Source of the DNA: Marsupella aquatica
Lineage: Eukaryota > Plantae > Marchantiophyta
Direction: 5' to 3'
NCBI GenBank assembly: GCA_973895155.1
Contig: OZ316895.1
Span: 9,102,184 to 9,166,183 of the forward strand
DNA length: 64,000 nucleotides
A program made the translations under genes and the position numbers. Shown here one piece after another: positions 14,001-27,801 of the stretch; the first letter of the stretch is position 1; every line of letters begins with the position of its first letter. The notes under the pieces were generated by a model. That model ran no database searches. It was given only the letters and a program-made list of their open reading frames with translations, and was not told where the DNA came from.

Positions 14001-17000
14001 TTGATCAAGTAGTGGGTGATTGCTTCATGGATTGTGTAAACTGTTTAATCGCTTTTGCAAACAACAAGACAAGTCCACGGACAAGTCTAAAAGCAATTGC
14101 ACTCCTGCGAATCTGTGAAGATCGGCTTGCGGAGGTATTTCTGTTTCTGGGGTCCCACCAAATCATCTGCTTGTTGATAATCGAAGCGGACTGGGCACGT
14201 GACATGTTCCTGTAGCATTTTGACATCCATTATTGTCAGACAATTTTGAGCCAGCGGATTTCTAGTAGTTTTCAGATATGGATTTCATGATTCTTTGTAG
14301 TTTGAAGAAATTTCCACAGTAGCAGGGTGCGGCTTCCGGGGACCGTATCTGTAGATGGATCGACTAAGGGTCAGGCAAAAGACGTGAATGGTGACCTCTA
14401 TGTCCATAAATATACTCACAATGTAGTGTCAACTTCTCTATTTGGTAAAATGGAAACGCCCTAAACCTGATTTTTGCTTTCGACTCTTCTCTCAGGGCCA
14501 CATTCCTGGTGGGATGAAGCAACCAATAAGTGAATCCGGCAAAGGAGACCTGGAAGTGGCAGAGTATTATTGGTTTCCGATGCTCGCCGGGCTTTCTGAT
14601 CTGACTTCTGATCCCCGCGTTGAAGTTCGAAATTGTGCATTGGAGGTTCTATTTGATCTTCTTAAAGAAAGGGGACATCAATTCTCCTCTGCGTTTTGGG
14701 AAAGTGTTTTCCATCGGGTACTGTTTCCAATCTTTGATTATGTTAGACATGCTGGCAAAGACGGGGAGAAGCCAGCTGCATCTTCAGATGAATGGCTGCG
14801 AGAGACATGTATCCACTCTCTACAGTTGCTTTGCGACCTTTTCTCAAGTTTTTACAAGGTTTGTCCTTGAACCATTTTTTCATTTTATGGTAGTAAGATT
14901 GACGAATGCTGTTAGGATGTTGACACAATGGACTTCCGGGATGGTACCATGCGGAATAGATTTGGGGTTTAAGTAGCAGAGAGTTAAGCTAATAGTCCCT
15001 TCTATTTCGTCTTAGTCCTACCCTTTCAGAGCATGGGGTCTGCCCACCACGCTAGAGCAGATGCAAATTTATGGCTGTTTCTTTCCAAGTGTAGAGCTGT
15101 AGTTCATCCCTGGTTCTGAAGGACAATGTGTTCATTTCTATGGATCAATGTTGAGATAGATGCTTGTAGACTATGTTGTGGTCGCAAGTACTGAAAATAA
15201 TTTTCTTCCCTATCGTGTTCAGGAGGTATCTTTCTTGCTACCAGCGTTGTTGGGATTGTTACTGGACTGTGCGACAAGGCCAGACCAAACGTTGGCTTCT
15301 ATATCGGTGGGTGCTCTGGTGCGCCTAATGGAAGTTGGAGGCCACCAATTCAACGACAGGGACTGGACCACTCTTCTAGACAGCATTCGGTTAGTTGGCC
15401 ACCATTTCTTGATTGTTTTTCTGTTTGGACAATGTAAACACAATTCTAGTCTTGTATATCAATTTTTTAATTCCCGGGCTACGAACTTGGTGTGCAGGGA
15501 TGCCTGCTATACTACCCAGCCAGTGGAGCTTCTCAATCCTGAAAACGTTTTCAGCTTTGGGTTGGACTATAGATCTGTTTCAAAGAAAGTGGGAGCCATG
15601 ACTCCAGCTTATGGTTTCAATGGGGAGCAGACACCCACAGGAACACCGTCCGAGGCTGGCATGTCAGACGGAGAAAGTTCAGAGAACCATGAAAATGGAC
15701 AACTTTATCCCGGAACACCAAATAGTGTTAGTAATGGTGATGTAAGCAAGTTTGGTCGGAGGACAAGTTTTGACACACAGGATGGTGATGGACAGAGTCT
15801 TAGCGAATTGGAAGGTATGTTCTTGGTACTCATGTTGTTTAGCAGTGCTATGCCTGCACCCAGCAATTACACTAGGTACTGTATGCACTGGCTTCCTCAC
15901 CTGTTTGAGAGGTCTGTTGTCAGTATACATTACATGGTTCTGTTTTAGTGCCTTGACAACTCTTTGTCTTCTGCAGGTGTACCTCCAGCGTCTCCCAAAG
16001 GAGGCAAAGCATTGGGTGGAGGATTCTTTGGGGGTCAGGCAGGGAAGAGGTTCATGGGAAGTGTAATGGACACTCTTATGTTCAAAAACCTTCCGACCTT
16101 CAAGGGCAAAGCGCGAACGTCTGAACCCATTCTTACCTCTCCCCAGGTGACGATCTACATCCAGTACTCATTTAATCTGTTTAGATATGTTGTACGCTAC
16201 CCTTCCTCTAACGACTTTGGAACTCAGATTAATGATGTAGAGGAACATGGCTTCACTGACGGTGAAGAAGAAGGGCCTCTACTGCACAGTGTCAGGTCAA
16301 AATGTGTTATACAGCTTCTTCTTCTTGGAGCTCTTGAGAGCCTTCAGGTAATTTCGATCGTCCTCACGTTTGGATGTATTTTACATGGAAAGCTCTCTCC
16401 CGTAATACTTGCTTCGTCTCTACCTTCGATTTGTCGTCAATGAGGGGGCTGGCGAATTTCTTCTAAGGATTTGTTATGTTAGAACTCAAATCATCCCTTG
16501 TTGAAACCGGAGGCTATGCCGCATGAGAAAACCGGACATAAACCTCAGATATTATTTGGACACGTTATTGACAATCGGCCTAGAATTCATATCATTCAAA
16601 CAGAAGTCTAAGTTTTAAAGAGCTGAGCAAAAGACTTGAAACATGGGACCAAATTAGCCCTCATGGTCGGTCTGCCTCTTTTCTAATTTATGTCTTCGTT
16701 CCAGAAAAAACACTGGGAGCGTCTCAATCCTTCGCATAAAATTATGATCATGGACATACTTCTGTCGATGGTAGACTTTGCTGCATCGTACAATTCTGAC
16801 GGGAACTTACGGAGTCGCATGCAGCAAGTTTCTGGAGACAGGTAACAGTCACCTTTGCGTTCACGAAGTTATACCAATTTGAAGCATCTTCTGTGTATCT
16901 GTTGGACATCGTCGAAACTTAATCACTATTTTTTGGTGACAGGCCTCCCCCAAATTTACTGCGCCAAGAGGTTGAGGGTACCCAACTATACTTGATTGTT

Positions 17001-17714
17001 CTCCAGCGAGCTTGTGTAATTGTAAATGTTCCCACCCGCAACGGAAGTTTGTCAAATGGCCCAGCTCAAGACGATTCTGTCGAAACGGATTATGACAAGG
17101 AGGCTGGCTTGAAAGGTGAAGAACAAAAACTTCAAGAAGAGGCAGAGCGACGACTGGTGACTTTTTATGGACACATATTGAAAGAAGCCGCTAGCCTGCA
17201 ACCAGGTCCTAGTGATGCTGTTCAAGCAGATGCTCATCGTGCTCTTTCATTACGGTCTCCAGTCACAGTGAAGGTACCAAAACTGGACTCTGAGGTATTC
17301 TTAATGCTGTAGTTACTGTTTTGGAAACAGGCGGCTTTGGCTTTGGTACAGTCGATTTCCATTTGATATGGATTAACTGAAATGGAGCGCAAATGTGACA
17401 CAGGTGTTGAATTCTATGTCTCAAATGGAAATGACAATGTTTAAAAAGCATCTCCCAGAGTTCTACCCATATTTCACCAAACTTATCTGCAGTGACCAGG
17501 TATTTCTTGTTACCCTCGACAAAATGATAGTATTTTCCAAAACAGGGAATGAGTTCAAGTGTTGAATTATGTTGGTCCCATTTATCAGTCGAGAAATGTA
17601 TTTTGTTGGTTTTATTAGTCGCATTTAAGAGGCATCCATTGTTTGGTGCAGATGGATGTGCGCAGGGCATTGGGAGATCTCTTCAAAGCACGACTTGTGG
17701 CTTTGTTGCCCTGA
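2010..17714 (+). CDS. BIG5: Brefeldin A-inhibited ARF guanine-nucleotide exchange factor, BIG5/MIN7/BEN1 clade; ~33 exons
   Basis: N-terminus [18 protein letters not shown]; HUS box [17 protein letters not shown] (~9912-9963); Sec7 motifs [21 protein letters not shown] (11464-11522) and [18 protein letters not shown] (~11970-12030); HDS motifs [50 protein letters not shown]; C-terminus [20 protein letters not shown] (TGA 17712-17714). GT-AG introns are traceable throughout. Confidence 0.95.
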
Positions 17715-18378
17715 TATTTTTATATATAGCTTTCATCGGACAAAGTCTTGTAGGTTGTGAAGGGGGTATATTTTTACTTAATTTTGTAGTACTCACCCCT
17801 TTGTAGATACAAATCTGAGTTGAAGATTATTTGTCTCAAGCACTTAGTGACAGAGTTATTTCAATTTTTGTCTCTATCACCACATTGTTCGGCATATTGG
17901 TACAGTTCTTCTGTGCTGCGATGCTCAAGTTCGACTTCGGGCATCTGTAACGAATAAAAAAGTCATTATCCGCAAGTGGTTGTCATTTTGCCCACTTTCT
18001 TCAGTTGTTGGCAGATCAAGGCATCGCGCTAGATCTTGATAGCATGAGCAGAAATTTGTATGGACTCCAACTAGAATTTTATGATAGGCCGGTTGAGATC
18101 TGACATCATATCAGGTGATACAAGTGAATGTGGAAGCTTGTCCTCCTGTTCTCGGCAAGCAAATATATCTTCAATGGAATATTGCATCTGTTCTATCTAC
18201 CAGTCAATGATCACATCGAGGAGCAAGTGGTGGCTTTGTCATCCGCGAAAACAATGGCATGTTTTGGTGGGTCCCTTTTGCATTGCCTATTGAACATGGA
18301 GCTGGAACTGCTCATAAGGGAGCGGTACGTCTTGGCTTTGGTAACCTGAACATATGAAACTTCATATAGAGGACCTTA

Positions 18379-18961
18379 GAGCATCTCCACCGGGCCCTCC
18401 AAAGAGCCCCGGAACCTCCATTCTCGCACAAATGGGGGTCAGGTTTCCCTTTACTGTCCCCACCTGCACTCAACAACCTCCAAAACTATTGGGCACCCTG
18501 CAAAGCTCCTGACCCTGGCTCGCATTTGGTGCCGTGGAAACTGTAACCGGAAGCACAACCGTGGATTGGAGCACACAGGTTGTGAGCTACAGCTGATTTA
18601 TGATTCCAACGCACCTAAGTATAAAATTGCTGAAATTTACATGCAGTGTCAGTTTTGTCCTAATTGAAAGTTAATGTCTAGAGGTCCCACTCTAGACCTA
18701 GGCCACAAAAGTAAGTTTTTATAGCGAAATATTAGGAAGATTGCCACTTTGTTTGGTCTGATGTCACATTTGACACCTTTTTTAGATGAATAAATACCAC
18801 TTTTTAAAATCCAATAGTTTCCATTGCCCTTGGGTTTACTCAAAGTAGGGTTCCGCCTTGCATGGAAATCCCACCCCCGCCCTTGCCTCCCCCTTTCCCG
18901 AGTGTCCTCATCTGCCCTCATGGTAGGTGCCCCCCACCCCCCGCAGTGCACTCTGCTCTAA
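18379..18961. mobile_element. Possible degenerate PIF/Harbinger (Tourist-like) MITE
   Basis: Left end TTA|GAGCATCTCCAC matches a typical Tourist terminus; right end ...ctctGCTC|TAA matches only briefly. The flanks TTA/TAA are not identical. Confidence 0.35.
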
Positions 18962-21900
18962 GGGCAATGGGAAAGATTCTCCAATGTATCTATCTAGCTA
19001 TAGGATCTACTCCATTACACAAAGGTTAAATCACTTAGCCCATGAATAGAAAGAGTGACATTGTGATAATGGAACACTATAATAAACAATCTTTGCCAAG
19101 AATGCAGGAAGGTCAGAGTGTAGGGTTTAGCTGTTTACCCCAAAATGAATACTGTTGCATATCCACCCATACCCCTTCCTGCCTCACCCACTTGCCATAG
19201 AAAACAAAATTTTAACTTTGACAACATTGAAACAAAACAAACGAGAGAATAAATTACTATTTAAAAGAAGAATAATTTATTGATTCTCCGTATGATCAAG
19301 CCCATCTGTCCTGGCTCTGGTCTTGCTAACAAGAACACTGATCAAAATGATGACATTTTTGTAAGAATAGGTATCCAACCAAAATGACAAAACTTCCACA
19401 CCCACAAACATGTTGCACAAATAACATGGTTGAAGTTCCTTGCCTAATAGCAATTGTTTCTCATCTTGACATTTATGTGCAACACTAGATCTTGTAACAC
19501 GTTACATCAACAACCACATGGTCACAACAAACAATCATTCTTTTGCTTGATTTGTCTCATCTGGATATTTTCATGACATGCATGGGTGTTGCCGTACGAA
19601 CAACAGCAAGGCAATAGTAATCACATGGATGCAATTGTGGAACACGCTAGGTTAATTTATCTTTTAAGTGTGCCAACGATATGAAGGAAATCTAGTAAAA
19701 CTTAATTATAGTTATGAATCCATACTTAGTGATTCAACATCATATTTTTGCTTTCGTTCACAATGGCAGCATAAGTATGAAATTTCAGGAATGTTATTCT
19801 GTGACCGTCATCATTGTGAAATAACTTTATAGCAGTCGTCAGTCAAAGTGGACGAATACAACTGATTACAAGTACGTTGTAGTACTCAAATGCTCAAGAA
19901 TATTCTGCTTAGCAATCTTAAATCTTTTCCACCACCTACCAGAAATTGAAGGGCAAATTCTTTCGTACTGCATTGCAGAGTAATCGGACGCAGAACATAA
20001 ATAATCTTACACATGTAACTATTAAAGTTTCTCGATGTAGACCGTCTGTCATCATTTCCGCGCTTCTGTACTTTAAGTATGTAGTATTTCTGGAACTCGC
20101 AGAATTGTTACAGCCATAATAGATTGTAATAGGGGAAACTAAGTGGACTTGACAAGAAGTAGGAAGACATTGTGATCTTATTTTACACCAAAGCAAATCG
20201 GAGGGGCACTACTTGTTCTAAAAATAAGCCCTGGACCCAAAATCTTTTGAAATGAAATTCAATCAATGCAAATACCTTGAATGAAGGAGAGAGATTTTGC
20301 ATCACCTCTGGAGGGGCTCTAAAATTCTAGACAAGTTAAGCACTCTACGTCAGTATTTTCTTGGACCCATTGTTTGCGCCTATAGGATCCAGACACAATA
20401 CCTGAATGAGCCCTTGAGTGCTTGTAAAGCCAAGTATAGTCTTTTCCATTTATTATGATGTCCAGATTCAATCTCACGAGAAATAAAAAGAAGTAATGTG
20501 CCCCTGGTGTATTGTAAAGCCACCCTAGCACATAAATGCAGACGCTTCAGGAAGAAGCTCAATCTCATATGACCCTTGAGGTTCCATATATGAGCCCTCA
20601 GGTGCCCTGCCCAGCTCCCTTACATGCCTGTGCACCTTTTGTTTGTCCACCCTCTCTTCCCTCGCAAAGGTTTTTGAAATAAGCTTTGGTGAACTCCACT
20701 TTTGGGTGGGGTTTGTAACAAAAGCAGATGTGTGGTTGAGGGAGCCTTGGCCCCCTAGACACCAGTGCCTTCCAACAGGGATGGCCTACTGCTCTGCTAC
20801 TTTCACCTCAGTGACTAATTCCGGTCACTGATTGTAAATAAAATTAATAGCACCCAACAGGATCCCGGGTACTAATTAGAATCTTGAGACTGGCATTTGG
20901 GACACAAGAAGGTGCCAGGTTGGAGCCCCCTCACCCCTTACTAACAGAACCTGGGTTAGATGAGGGAGTAGACTTTTGTTTGTGTGTGATACTTCCAATC
21001 CCCACTAGACCTCATGCATTAGACTGCTCGTGTGGCTGCTGTAGAAAAGAGGCAATGACATCATCTTTACTTTCCCTCTCTTTTTGTTGTGCAATTGAAT
21101 GTTCTTCTTACCCTTGCATAGTGTAATGAGGAGCTTCACCAACTGAATCAATTACTGCTCAACCCTCAGCTGGTATGTTGAGCTCATCAATAACAACAAG
21201 CTCTATACCTCTTGTATGCTCAGTCCCTCGGTAGTGCAACTGTTGAGTTCAGGATTCTGATCAGTGCCCTGGGGAAAATCAGATTTAACAATATATTCTA
21301 GGCATCTTGATGTAGCACATTGACTTAATATGAGTCTATACTGCGTGGTCCCCATGTCTGGTGCACCGTCAGGGACTATCAAGGGTGTGCCTTGAAGTGG
21401 GGTGTCATGGAAGTTGTTGGCAGCTGCCCTTTACTAAAAATTCTAGTGAAGGCATGACCCGATTGAGGTCTATGGAACAAGACTCTTAGCCACTATTGTT
21501 GTAAGACAACAATCCCACAAAATATGGAGATCATACCAATTGGGGGGGGGGAGGGGGGTTGACCATGAAAATCTGTAGGAATGACATGCAAGTACAAATA
21601 GATATATTAGAGTGATATTTGCAAAAGTGCCTTAAAAGAAGTGGGTCTTTCGTTGAGAAAAAGATAAAACAGTAATGGCCTCCTATATATAGTCCACCTT
21701 AGTGTCATCCGGGTCTGTGCAGGTCCTGCATAAAATATTCACTTTTTTATTCCAGGAAATAATGCTATGTCAATATATTATTCTCCACTGTTTTTTGTTT
21801 CTCAACTTTAAAATCATGTTTCCATCCAAATGTTTAGAGATTACTAATTTGCGTCACAAAACTATTTTGAAGTTTCACAAGCACATTAAAATATGTTGTC

Positions 21901-22915
21901 ATTCAAATCCAAAATTGAAGTAGTTATTATATATTTTGTGTACCTGGACCGCACTAGGATATACTATCCTATGAGTTTTGTTGACAATTCCCCCCAAAAA
22001 ATAAAATAAAAAAATTATAACTGTGTGTGTATGTGGATACCCATGTACCACTGTTTGGAATAATCTTGTCGGGCAGCCATGTTTACACGCTACAAGAACG
22101 ACCGCAATGTAAAATTTCCATGTGAAACGGTCAGTGCTAGTGCTCTTTTCCACCGCTCCATCATCGTTCCATACTTCCATCATGATAATTGCCCTGCTTG
22201 GCTTCAGCTTTCTGATACACTCATATATCGGCGTTTCTATGACGACTCCTAGAATGACTGTGCTCCCACGTTCTGGCTGCCCGGCTGCCCGGCTGCCCGA
22301 GCTTCTGTCCCCATGGATCGGACCGGTCCTCATTGCAGATTCGCTGTTTTCCCGATTTGGGTTGCTCTAGAACCGTCAGATGTGCCAGGATACCGGGATA
22401 CACGACTGAAAACCCTCTAGAGCATAGCATCAGCCAGTCTCGGTTTTTGTTGTTGTTGGCTCCAAAGGGACAGTACAGTCGGCTCTCTCTAACTGCAATA
22501 TCTTTAAGTGCAAACCTGGATAACTGCAAGTAATAGTGTTCTTCTCTTTTCTGTTACAATGATTTTGCACCATCTTTGCACCTTTTCTTTAGTGTAACAG
22601 GCCTAAAATATTCTCACTATATGATACTTTATAGTGAAAACTGTTAATAAGTGTGTATCTATAAGTTTATCAATAAGCACACAATACCCATCAAATTGCA
22701 TTTACTGATAAGTGCATGTTCTTGTTCTAACGTAGGAGATGCACTTAGGGATTTGAAATCTAAATATGTGGAGTGATGTACAATTTGGGTTGCACGTCAC
22801 AAGAGTGCTCACCAACAAAGAGTGGACTTTTATTGATAAGTGCACAATTCTACAGGTTTGCACTTATTAAAATGTAAACCCCCCTGTGGTACACACAAGA
22901 CGCTTCTTCCCTAGA

Positions 22916-23250
22916 GTGTGCACTTAGAAAAATTAAGCCGTAGAGCAGTTATTTTGCTTTGAAGGGAGATCCGTTTTCAGAGAGTAAAATAATGTCCAAT
23001 GTGTACTGAGAGAATTAATTGTAGAGCCCATATTTTTCTTTGAACAGAGACCAGTTTCCAAATAGGAAAATAACGTCCGGTGTGCACTTAGAGAGAATCA
23101 ACTGTATAGCCACTATTTTGCTTTCAAGGGAGACCCGTTTTCAGAGAGAGAAGTAATGTCCGGTGTGCACTTAGAGAGAATTAACTGTAGAGCCGATAGG
23201 TTGCTTTGAAGAGAGACCCGTTTTCAAAGAGGGAACTCATGTCTGGTGGG
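22916..23250. repeat. Four tandem copies of an ~82 bp unit, probably a TE subterminal array
   Basis: Unit gtgtgcacttagagagaattaactgtagagcc...ttgctttgaagggagacccgttttcagagag...taatgtccg begins at ~22916, ~22999, ~23080 and ~23163. Confidence 0.85.
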
Positions 23251-24962
23251 CAGGCGGGCAGCGGGCAGCTCTCGGCTGGTTTGTGTGGAGGTATGGTCTG
23301 GCTGTTCAGAGGGGCGGTCCGACATTATGTTGCAGTCTCGTCGGGCACCCACCTCCTGCCCGCGGCCACCAAACATTGGCGGTGTGATGCAGCATGGCAT
23401 CGGAGCGGAGCGGGCTCTGTCCCACCGTCCGATCTCTAAGGCGCGGCATTGCATGTCAGACAGGATCCCTGCAACTGGGCCGTACGGTGCAGCCCGGGTC
23501 GCTGGCGAGGCGTCATTGGAGATCATGGAAGTTTCCGGATTGTGGATTCGAAATTCTCGTTTTTCTAGCCGACGGTCGTACGATGTGATGTTTTTGACGG
23601 TCAGGCGCTCTTCTCGTCAGACGAGGAGGGGTTTGGGCAGGCAGACGGGGCAGAAATCAGGGCAGACCAGTCCAGGGCAGGGCTGGGCAGGGCAGCGTGG
23701 GGCATGCGCGGAAAAAGATGCAAAGACAAGAGAGTGCGATTGATTTACGTCATGAGAGTGGAGACTCGAGCATGAACATGCGAAGTGAAAATGTGAACGA
23801 CGTTTCGACGATGAATGTGCACAATGCTGCGAGCTGTTTGCATAGATCGAGCTCTCTGAGTTGCGCGTTGCGGTACTGATGTCGTGAAGCGCATTTTCAG
23901 GTGCGGAACCGAGGTCGAAGAACGAGAATGGAGGTGGAAATCAGTTGACAGCTATCTGCATGAAACAGCTGACGGAGATTAAATGTTACACGGCGGGGCT
24001 CGTTCGACAACGATGGTGGTGATGGAGCTCTAGAGAAGTGGAGGCTTTCCGGGAGGTACGTTCTTCTGGTTTACGAACATGCATTGCGAAAGTTGATTGC
24101 GAAAGGAGGCACGAGACGAACTGCCAGACCTTAGAGGAGTGTAGCTGGCAGTGGTGGGAGCGGACGTAAAAGTCTGCGGCGGAAGCTGAACTCAACGAGG
24201 TCCGGAACGTGATCAGTGTACTGATTTTGCTTGCGATGGCATAGTCACAGCGACGGAAATCAAGAGTGCTCAGTGAGAAAGGGGCTTCGAAGACCGAGCT
24301 GGATAGAGTGTAGACGCAGTCGCAAGAGAAAGAAAGAGAACTTCGATGAAACTGAGCTCAATCCGCAGCGCAGCTCTATCGCAAGTGTCCCAGAAACGGA
24401 GGCGAGTAAACGTACCATCAGCTCTGGAAAAGTCCATATCATCGTGCAACTTTCTGCGTTGAACTGAACAAGAAATATCGGATAATCCTCGCGTTCATGG
24501 TTAGAGTGGTACTGTAGGAGGACATGTAATGTATGTTTCTGTAACGGAAGCTGAAACCATTTAGTAGTCGGGGCACCTGTACGGTGATCTTGTGTTCATT
24601 TCTGTGGACTGGGACTTCTGCACTAGAGACGGGAGGTCAATGGGATATGAACTCTCAGGAAAAAATTCAGAAGCTTGATCAGTTTCGAAGAAGATGGCGT
24701 TAGAGATGATGCAGATGCTCGAGCAAAGCATGACCAATGTGGGTATTGGTGAACACTCGTCCGTCTCCAAATTGAACCCAGACGTACACCTGGTTTGTTT
24801 CGTGGGATTATCTGATACCGAAAATTTTTCTGAGATGCTTCTTGAAAGCCAAGGTCGTAGCTGAATTGCAGGAAAAGGTAGAGCTCCAGAGATTACGGTT
24901 TTTTTTCAGAAAATGTGGTTCAATGTTCTTCAATGAGTTGAAGCATCATTACCCGATTCAAC

Positions 24963-27535
24963 ATGAAGCCTATTTTCTTTGGGTTTATTGGAGCTGCCTC
25001 GGTTATCGTGGTGGCGCTACTGGCCCTGGCAATTTTCCAAATTGTTCTGCTCCTTCGCCGTGAGGAGAAGGAACCTGTTCTTCCTTTCGTTCAACCCAAA
25101 GGAAAGGAGTCTGCGTCGTTTAGCTTAAAGATTCAAGGTAAGAAACCTGCCCATCGTCACAAACTTAAATACTGCTTTGATTGGTCGGCAATATAATATT
25201 TAATCTATTTCGTTGACTAACGTCTCACCAACGCTTCTTTCCGATTAATGATTGCATCGACATGTCTTCAGATCGAGGTCGAGTCTTCTTGTTCAATGAG
25301 GTTGAAGATGTGAGTGAAGGCTTCAGTAATCACATTGGGGATGGAACTACCTACCTCGTATTCAAAGGGATACTTAAGGATGGTACGGAGGTTGCCATCA
25401 AGCGCATGAGAGAGAATTTGGTCACGGCCTCCGGTGAAGCGGCTAAGTTTCACCTGCAGGTGCGTACTTGACCTCTGGTCGACATATAGGATTTACATTT
25501 CACAACTATCTCAGGCGATGATTGACGAGAATCAATAACGAGACTCGAACGAGTAAATGATAAACAGCATCCCGTCCGTGGGCTTTTTAAGTATGTCAAT
25601 TACATGCAAAGTGGGTGGAGTTTGGTAGTCTTCACCTTGAACTAATTAATCTTGTGAGTATCTATAAGCGGGCTTCCCATAGCTGGGCTCGTTGAGCAAT
25701 CAATTGGATGAATTGTATTGGGATTTTGCTCTGAGCAAGCTCCTCCCTATAACAATTGTGGTGTGCTGGTGTCAGGTAGATTTGCTCTACCGTGTTCATC
25801 ATCAACACATAGTAAACTTAGTCGGATACTGCGACCAAAAACCTCACCGGTACGGATTATCTCCTTTGGTCTGTACTGCTTGATTATCTTGCAACACCGT
25901 GACAGGCCATTGGATTCCTTGCTCGACAGGCTACGATGGACGAAATGTAATCAGGATATTCTGTTGGAGCTGATAGTTCTCTGTTCCAGTACTTCAGAGC
26001 GAAATACCAAGTCCAGATCATACTTAGGCCACTAACTATATTCATTCTTAAATGCATGTCACAGGATGCTCCTTTGCCAGTATGCTCCGAACGGCTCTCT
26101 TTACGAAACACTTCATGGTCGGTATCCTCTCTAGCCTGTGATCCGTATGTCTGCATGTTACAAATTTGGAGGCGAACAATGAGTAGCTATCCACGGCACA
26201 AATTTGCTCAATTTAAGAAGATTGTCCAGTCTTCCTTAAATACAATGGAATGTCGATCAGGAGTCTGAAAGCTAGATTTAGGTTGTCGTCTCCATTTAAG
26301 TGGGAGAAACAAATCCGTGTGGGCCCACTTTGCTTGAAGTCACAAATCAATTGGACTAGCAATCAGAGAGAACGATCAGGGAAGGGAGTTAACTTCTGCC
26401 ACGCAGAAGTGTTAGACAGAATTTGTCCTCCCGTAGAGCTCAGATCTCTGATCTACGAAAGGTACTCAAAAGGAGTCCGCTATTGCTGTTTCTGAGATTT
26501 GTGGATCTGTAATGAATAGTGTTGTCATTCGGAATGCTGAGAAAGATTCCTGATTTGTACCGCAACGAACCGCGCAGGTGAGGTGAACGACGAGCTTCTC
26601 ACATGGAAACAAAGATTGAGAATCGCGATGGGGATTGCTTACGGTCTATGTTATTTGCACCATTCATGCAATCCTCCAATAATTCACGGCGAACTTACGT
26701 CGGTCAACATTTTATTAACTGAAGACTTCGCTGCCAAGGTAAACGTGTGTTTCGTTTCGCAATTACACCTTTTACGAGGATCTTCTTCATCCACCACTCC
26801 GATTGAAAGAAGATTGTAACGCTTGAGGGAAGACTACAAGAGTTTCCGTTCAAGAAGAAACTGTGCATTTTAGAGCGAGTGGGATAGGAATTGAAGCTCT
26901 TCATCCATCCGTTTAATGACAGTTGTCTGGTTTTCTCTTCTAACTACTTCTGGGTAACGGGTGCAGATAACCGGGCTAGGGAAGGTGCCCCTCTTACGGG
27001 CAACGTCAGAACTGCAGACTAATGGAAAAACAATGTCAACTAAGGACGCGAAGGTCGATCAAAAGAGACTGTTCAGTCGAGCGGATGATGTACATTCTTT
27101 TGGAGTAATACTCCTGGAGCTTCTGTCTGGAAGGACAGCTTACAGTGTGGAGACCGGCAATCTGGCCGATTGGGTAAACACTGCTCTCAGCTGTGTGCTT
27201 CAAGTGATCGCGACCTTTCGTACAATTGTACCTCTACTGCCTTGTAAGACGATTTTGATTCCATCGAGTGGACATGTCTGCAGGCAATGCCTTTTCTCAC
27301 AAACAAGGAGCAAATAATGGGCGTCATGGACTCGAGCCTCAAGAATGTCCAGTCCTTAGAGTTCTGTGCCATATGCGAAGTCGCCCGCCTATGCATACAA
27401 AGCGACAGCACGAATCGACCAGCAATGACAGATGTCTTGGAAATGCTACTCCAAGTTTCGAACATCTCTGTAGAAGTAGCCGCCCCAATCAGTAGCCCCG
27501 TGACATTAAGAGGACTCATGGCAGCCTTTGGTTAG
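24963..27535 (+). CDS. Membrane-anchored receptor-like (pseudo)kinase, RLK/Pelle family, MDIS/LRR-VI-like kinase domain, no ectodomain; ~7 exons
   Basis: N-terminal hydrophobic anchor IFFGFIGAASVIVVALLALAIFQIVLLL; kinase exons FSNHIGDG..VFKGILKDGTEVAIKR, HHQHIVNLVGYC, MLLCQYAPNGSLYETLH, LTWKQRLRIAMGIAYGLCYLHHSCNPPIIHGELTSVNILL, DVHSFGVILLELLSGR, VARLCIQSDSTNRPAMTDV; stop at 27535. Confidence 0.9.
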
Positions 27536-27801
27536 TACAGTAACTGGTCGCTGACATTGGAATTATTCAACTCATCAACAATAATTAGATGTGTGTAGGG
27601 AAGCATTCTTACATTATGCCATGACCTCCTCCTGAGAATTGTAGCTAGCTTTCACCCTTCTTAAATCGACGAAGAAGTCTTCCTGGGATGGAAGGGAAGG
27701 TTTTCCCACGAGGTCATGATAACTGAGCAATTGACTCTCGTGAGAGACGATGGTAACAAACTGTGGTCTTCTCCGTGCCGATTCTGTCTGATTAAGGCTG
27801 G

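Noticed and set aside
22122-22370. 82-aa ORF with a hydrophobic stretch
   Set aside because: Non-ATG start in the ORF track, no recognisable motif, and it lies in TE-like intergenic DNA.
23246-23743. 165-aa Arg/Gly-rich ORF
   Set aside because: GC-rich low-complexity block next to a tandem array; open frames on both strands are expected by chance.
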